IMG/VR virus record: IMGVR_UViG_3300028832_000100
Origin: a virus
Lineage: Duplodnaviria > Caudoviricetes
Direction: 5' to 3' (one strand)
Length of the DNA stretch: 64,000 nt
Below are positions 59,619-64,000 of this stretch, piece by piece. The notes beneath the pieces were generated by a model, which searched no databases, was not told where the DNA came from, and saw only the letters and a list, made by a program, of their open reading frames with translations. Numbering within the stretch: position 1 is the stretch's first letter; every line of letters begins with the position of its first letter. The position numbers were made by a program, and so were the translations under genes.

Positions 59619-59647
59619 ATTGTATCACCTTTTTCTAATTTTGTCAA
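59619..59647 (-). promoter_or_regulatory. SigA/sigma70-type promoter
   Basis: TTGACA-17 bp-TACAAT with TG. Confidence 0.75.
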
Positions 59648-60169
59648 CTATGAATTTTTAGACTCATTTTTCAGATCTGTAAAAATTGATGATCTTCATA
59701 GATGCACCTAAAACGCTCTACAATCAATTTCTGTGAAAAAATGTATCGGTAATCGTCATTTTCTGTAAAATCGTCTTGTAGGTGGCAAATTTTGCGTCTG
59801 TGATGTGTTGTTGATTTTCTGCCATTATTCAAGGTGTGCATATACCCATACATACGCGCATACGCGAATTCCTATTATATATCGGCAGAAAATTTTGGTA
59901 TATAATATGTATCTTATTGATATTCGTAAGAATATATACATTAGACTACTTATTTATTTTTCTATTAGATTATTTATTTGTTTTATAAATTTAATAATTT
60001 TGACTATTTATTGGAGTATGAAAAAATACGGAGTATTTTTTCTTTTGTTCCTATTATATACCAACAATGATTTTGATTTTTGTAATTTCAATGGAAATTC
60101 AGCAATTCCCTTCTTATAAATTATATAATGGCTCGTTAAAAAATTATCAATTTTGTGCATTTTGACAAA

Positions 60170-60252
60170 AATGTGAACATTGTGTGAACATTGTGTGAAT
60201 TTTTGATGAATATAAGATATTTTATGAACAAATTATGAACAAATTGTGAACG
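60170..60252. repeat. TGTGAACA-type direct repeats (same motif also at 59490-59532)
   Basis: ATGTGAACATTGTGTGAACATTGTGTGAA and TATGAACAAATTATGAACAAATTGTGAAC. Confidence 0.7.
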
Positions 60253-60254
60253 AC

Positions 60255-60287
60255 AAAAATAAAGGGCTGTTGACTTACAACAGCCCG
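60255..60287 (-). terminator. Rho-independent terminator
   Basis: GGGCTGTTG-TAAGT-CAACAGCCC then TTTATTTTT. Confidence 0.8.
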
Positions 60288-60291
60288 CTGT

Positions 60292-60813
60292 TCATTCTTC
60301 CTCTTTATCGTCAAATAGATCAGAATATTCTTTATTTGTATCTGTAACTGGGCGAATATTATCAACCCTTAATTCTTTTATTGTTTTCTGTGCTTGACTA
60401 AGTACTTTTATTAGATATTCCTTAATATCATCAAAAAGTTTTTCCATCATCTCATCTTGGTTTTTAATAACTTTTTGAGATACTTCATGATAGACTTGAT
60501 CGTAGATTTCTTTTCTTACTTTTTCTTCAATTTCTTGCCTTTTTTCTTCTGTAATACTTCTTATCACACGATCTTCAATTTCTTTCCCAAATTCTTCTTG
60601 TGCTTTCTTTTTAGCAAGTCTTTCTACTTCTTTGAAATGTTTTTCACATTTTTCAGAAGCAATTTCAGTTGCTTTTCTTTCAATTCTTGCTGTTTCTGAC
60701 TCTTCTAATTGTCTGATTCTTCTTAAAAGGTCATCTGTTCTGGGATCAGTGATGTATTCTGTCCTACATTCACAATTACAAGCCCCACAGTTACTTCCAT
60801 CACAGCTCGGCAT
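60292..60813 (-). CDS. Coiled-coil protein with Cys-rich N-terminus
   Basis: MPSCDGSNCGACNCEC then E/K-rich helix; overlaps the rSAM stop. Confidence 0.6.
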   Translation of the reverse strand: MPSCDGSNCGACNCECRTEYITDPRTDDLLRRIRQLEESETARIERKATEIASEKCEKHFKEVERLAKKKAQEEFGKEIEDRVIRSITEEKRQEIEEKVRKEIYDQVYHEVSQKVIKNQDEMMEKLFDDIKEYLIKVLSQAQKTIKELRVDNIRPVTDTNKEYSDLFDDKEEE

Positions 60814-61864
60814 TTTCTTTTTTCTCCTTAATTTCTAATGTTTTTCTATACATATATAATAGAACTTTTCTAATGATGTCACAAGTATATTTCATGTTTT
60901 CTTCCTTGTTGTGCAGTTTACACCCGCCACCACAAATGTCTGAAACAGGACAATCTTTACATTTTTCAGGCAAAGAATAGTTATAACCAATCTTGTATGA
61001 TTTTTGCTTTTTAAAAGTATCAATAATGTTATTGCAAGAGAATAGATTTCCTATCGGCTGTTCATTTATCATAGTCTGACATGGAAATAGATTACCTTCC
61101 ACATCAATAGTAATGAGTTTTTCTCCTGCAGTACATCCATCATAATTTGTGTCTAACTTTATGTTGTTAAACTTAAAAGAGTGATAAATGTCAAATCCGT
61201 TATACCCGATAACATCAATTACTCTCTTCATTTTATTGCAAATTGTATCATATTCCATTTCACCGCAGAAAAAATGATCCAAGTAAATACCCCACCCAAG
61301 TTTTCTATCTGAAATCCACTTTGCCAAAATGTCTACATCATCAAAACTGTTTTTATCTACAACTGTTGAAATATCAATATTCCTTATGCCAATAGACAAA
61401 AGTTTATCGATATTCCTTTTTACAATTTCAGCAGAGCTTTCTCCATTTATAAACGGCTTTGAGTAAGAGTATCCATCCAATGAAATTCCAAAACCAATCT
61501 TGTCTTTATATTTACTGAAAAAAGATAGCATATTGTCTGTTAAAATTGTTAAATTTGTGATAATACTTATAAATCCTTTTTCACCACATTCAGATATAAA
61601 TTCTTCTGCAAATGGTTTCCAATCATCGAATACAAGAGTTGGTTCCCCGCCAGCAAGTCTATAAACTACAAAATCCAATTCACCACTATTAAGCATTTTT
61701 AGAAAGGTATCATTAATTTTTTCATAAGTAGTTTTAGACATTTTGCGATCATCCCATTTTACATAGCAATATGGGCATCTAAGATTGCATTGATTTGTGG
61801 TAAAAATCCATGGGGACATGTATCTCATACTACTCAACTCACCTCGTTTTCTGCTTCTCTGCAA
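60800..61864 (-). CDS. Radical SAM/SPASM domain protein
   Basis: CNLRCPYC, GGEP, ISLDG; SPASM CTAG...PCQ...CKDC...CGGGC...C. Confidence 0.9.
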   Translation of the reverse strand: MQRSRKRGELSSMRYMSPWIFTTNQCNLRCPYCYVKWDDRKMSKTTYEKINDTFLKMLNSGELDFVVYRLAGGEPTLVFDDWKPFAEEFISECGEKGFISIITNLTILTDNMLSFFSKYKDKIGFGISLDGYSYSKPFINGESSAEIVKRNIDKLLSIGIRNIDISTVVDKNSFDDVDILAKWISDRKLGWGIYLDHFFCGEMEYDTICNKMKRVIDVIGYNGFDIYHSFKFNNIKLDTNYDGCTAGEKLITIDVEGNLFPCQTMINEQPIGNLFSCNNIIDTFKKQKSYKIGYNYSLPEKCKDCPVSDICGGGCKLHNKEENMKYTCDIIRKVLLYMYRKTLEIKEKKENAEL

Positions 61865-62304
61865 GGAATAAGATCATCCACAGATTTAGCATTTTTCAAA
61901 ATTTCTTCCAGTCGATCTATTTTGTTAATGTGTATAGTGCTTCCTCCTACAACCATAAGACTTTCCACCTTATCTGGATTTCTACTAATGAGAATGATCG
62001 GTTTATTCAAAGCACAAGCATATCCACACTCCCAAGCAGATCCGTTTCCACTTTCATGTCTTCCGTTTGATACAGCAACAACAATATCACAAATAGTAAG
62101 TTCTGAAATATCCATCCCATATACAGCATTACCCCAATCTTTATTGGACATATTCCAAGCATTGGGAATCTTATGTTCATACGGTTTGAATACCGTGTTT
62201 CCATTCTCCTCGCAGATAGACGCTACAGCGGAGAGAAATATTTTCTTATTTTCTGCTACTTCTTTATTTGCATCCGCGAAAGATCCAGCAAGATAGATTT
62301 TCAT
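61834..62304 (-). CDS. Nucleoside 2-deoxyribosyltransferase family protein
   Basis: KIYLAGSF, D...CDIVVA, GSAWECGYA-x-ALNKP. Confidence 0.85.
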   Translation of the reverse strand: MKIYLAGSFADANKEVAENKKIFLSAVASICEENGNTVFKPYEHKIPNAWNMSNKDWGNAVYGMDISELTICDIVVAVSNGRHESGNGSAWECGYACALNKPIILISRNPDKVESLMVVGGSTIHINKIDRLEEILKNAKSVDDLIPCREAENEVS

Positions 62305-62483
62305 TTTGTTTTTACCTTTCTTCTATCCTTGTAGTCCAAAATCAAACAAATCAGAGCATATACAATTATCACAGGTAAGCACAGAACAAATACAACCATT
62401 GTAAATACTGCAACAGCAATAATTTCTATAAGGTAGATAATGCAAAATAGGATAGTTTCTAAAAAATACAAAATGCCTTTCAT
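62301..62483 (-). CDS. Small membrane protein
   Basis: Hydrophobic; ATGA overlaps on both sides. Confidence 0.55.
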   Translation of the reverse strand: MKGILYFLETILFCIIYLIEIIAVAVFTMVVFVLCLPVIIVYALICLILDYKDRRKVKTK

Positions 62484-62803
62484 TTTTCTTCCTCAGAGTT
62501 CAGTGCTTCTTGCAGTTCTTCCTTCAATTCTTCTATCTCTTGATCTTTCTCATAGATTTCACCTTGGAGATCGCAGATGTCTTCTTCAAGATCATCAATT
62601 TTATTCTTATAATCTTCTATCTCTTCTTCGACAAAGGTATTAATATCTTCTCTCTCCATAGAGTTTTCTAAATATTGCAATATCTTATTTGCAATATATC
62701 CATACTCTGTTTCATCACCTTCAGAAATGTGGTTTTTAGAGAATGCTTCTAACGCTTCTCTCATCGACATTCCATTATATAGGCTAAAATATTGTTTACT
62801 CAT
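62480..62803 (-). CDS. Acidic coiled-coil protein
   Basis: Coupled ORF. Confidence 0.55.
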   Translation of the reverse strand: MSKQYFSLYNGMSMREALEAFSKNHISEGDETEYGYIANKILQYLENSMEREDINTFVEEEIEDYKNKIDDLEEDICDLQGEIYEKDQEIEELKEELQEALNSEEEK

Positions 62804-63138
62804 ATCTTACAAACCTCCCGACGAAGAAACTCCAAAAGTTCCGAATCCCACCTTCTATAAGAATCTCCCCATTCTGTTTTAGGGTATTGAGTGGTTTTTC
62901 CATTTAATGACACTGTTGCTTCTGTAAATATTCTTTCATTTTCAATGTAAATGATAAATTTCCACTCCTCGGTTGTATTTTGGTCACTAATTTTTGCATT
63001 TACAGTTATTTTTCGTTTTCTTTTTGAAAATCTATCCTCTTCTTCTTTTTTTATTTCTCTACATAATTTTAAAAAATCTTTTATGAATTGATTTTTATTA
63101 TCATATTCTCTTTTAATGCTTTCACAAATATCTATCAT
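62800..63138 (-). CDS. Hypothetical protein
   Basis: SD AGGAG; coupled ORF. Confidence 0.55.
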   Translation of the reverse strand: MIDICESIKREYDNKNQFIKDFLKLCREIKKEEEDRFSKRKRKITVNAKISDQNTTEEWKFIIYIENERIFTEATVSLNGKTTQYPKTEWGDSYRRWDSELLEFLRREVCKI

Positions 63139-63150
63139 GTATTTTACTCC

Positions 63151-63684
63151 TTATAAGTTATTAGTCATATAATTCTTTTCTACCAAACAGTAAGATTGCG
63201 GTGGTCTTTTAATGGGTTTAGGAACATAGCAATCATTGTCATAGATACATGAAGACGATTCATACCCACTAACTTTGCAGGAATGACATTTTTCATCGTG
63301 GAAAAAGTCACTTAACGGTTTCGGTTTGTCATAACGCTTAAAATCAGAAATGTGCCAACAGTAAATTGTTTTGCCATTTGCATAGATATTTATATCAACC
63401 CGGTCAAGCATAGTCTCAAGTAGCAAATCATCGTCTATTCTGCACCCATCGAAATCATACCCAATCGAGAATATTTTATCGCAAGTAAATTCACCGATTA
63501 CACTTCCTGTTCCATACGCTGTTCCAAGCAGGTTCTTTCTACCGGATTTCGTACAGTAAATATAGCAAGTAAACGGTGGTTTCAACCTCGGCTTTGTTTT
63601 TCTTACTTCGTAAGTTTTTAGTCCGTCCTCAATCAAAAAACACCACTGTGGTTTAATGCTTATCAGAACCGCATTGTTCATCAT
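63151..63684 (-). CDS. ASCH domain protein
   Basis: VLISIKPQW...GLKTYEVRKT...VIGEF...RPPQSY. Confidence 0.85.
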   Translation of the reverse strand: MMNNAVLISIKPQWCFLIEDGLKTYEVRKTKPRLKPPFTCYIYCTKSGRKNLLGTAYGTGSVIGEFTCDKIFSIGYDFDGCRIDDDLLLETMLDRVDINIYANGKTIYCWHISDFKRYDKPKPLSDFFHDEKCHSCKVSGYESSSCIYDNDCYVPKPIKRPPQSYCLVEKNYMTNNL

Positions 63685-63880
63685 AGTATCTCCTTATTTC
63701 ATACAAGTATTTTACAGCATCCGTATTTCTGCTGTACAAGTTGTCAAGTAGCTGTTTGTCTATTGCTGTTATGATTTTGCAAATAAGATTCTCATCATTT
63801 TTTGGTTGATTGTATTCTTCTCCAACCTGCATTTTATCGGTCTTAATAACCCCTTGTTTCATATATGATTTACAAGTCAT
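63653..63880 (-). CDS. Hypothetical protein
   Basis: Short ORF overlapping the ASCH gene start. Confidence 0.35.
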   Translation of the reverse strand: MTCKSYMKQGVIKTDKMQVGEEYNQPKNDENLICKIITAIDKQLLDNLYSRNTDAVKYLYEIRRYYDEQCGSDKH

Positions 63881-64000
63881 TTCTTCTTTATTTTATGACA
63901 CGAATTTCTTTGCAAACAAATTTTAGAACTTTGACGTTTGGTTAGATCGCCGATTTTAATTTTCATAGCAATTCACTCTTTCTTGACTCGCACCATTGTC

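Noticed and set aside
962-62643. Numerous plus-strand ORFs (e.g. 42101-42691, 47509-48231, 55691-56335)
   Set aside because: Antisense shadows of well-supported minus-strand genes, with biased F/I/S composition and no motifs.

Overview
AT-rich segment of a large T4-like (contractile-tailed) phage genome. Essentially all genes are on the minus strand. SigA-type promoters with extended -10, strong SD sites and BspA-type LRR proteins suggest a Bacillota host (inference). In transcription order (right to left): small early/accessory genes (ASCH, nucleoside deoxyribosyltransferase, radical SAM/SPASM plus a Cys-rich partner), large acidic multi-module proteins punctuated by (L/V/I)-x-E motifs, tail fibre/LRR adhesin genes, holin-like gene, nucleotidyltransferase, terminase, portal, protease-scaffold fusion, major capsid protein, neck, sheath, tube, tape measure, baseplate, and the start of an SNF2 helicase. 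The main result is that the gp23-like major capsid gene (complement 22360..27355), fragmented in the ORF track, is split by eight group I introns into nine exons, some only 43-60 nt. Joining at U|...G boundaries by hand gives one uninterrupted 527-aa frame, and only intron 4 carries a homing endonuclease (GIY-YIG). Other signals: two 157-bp protein-free IS200/IS605 omegaRNA-like elements, a probable set of protease-processed virion polyproteins, no TAG stop among the likely genes but one in-frame TAG, and phased TGTGAACA repeat clusters.
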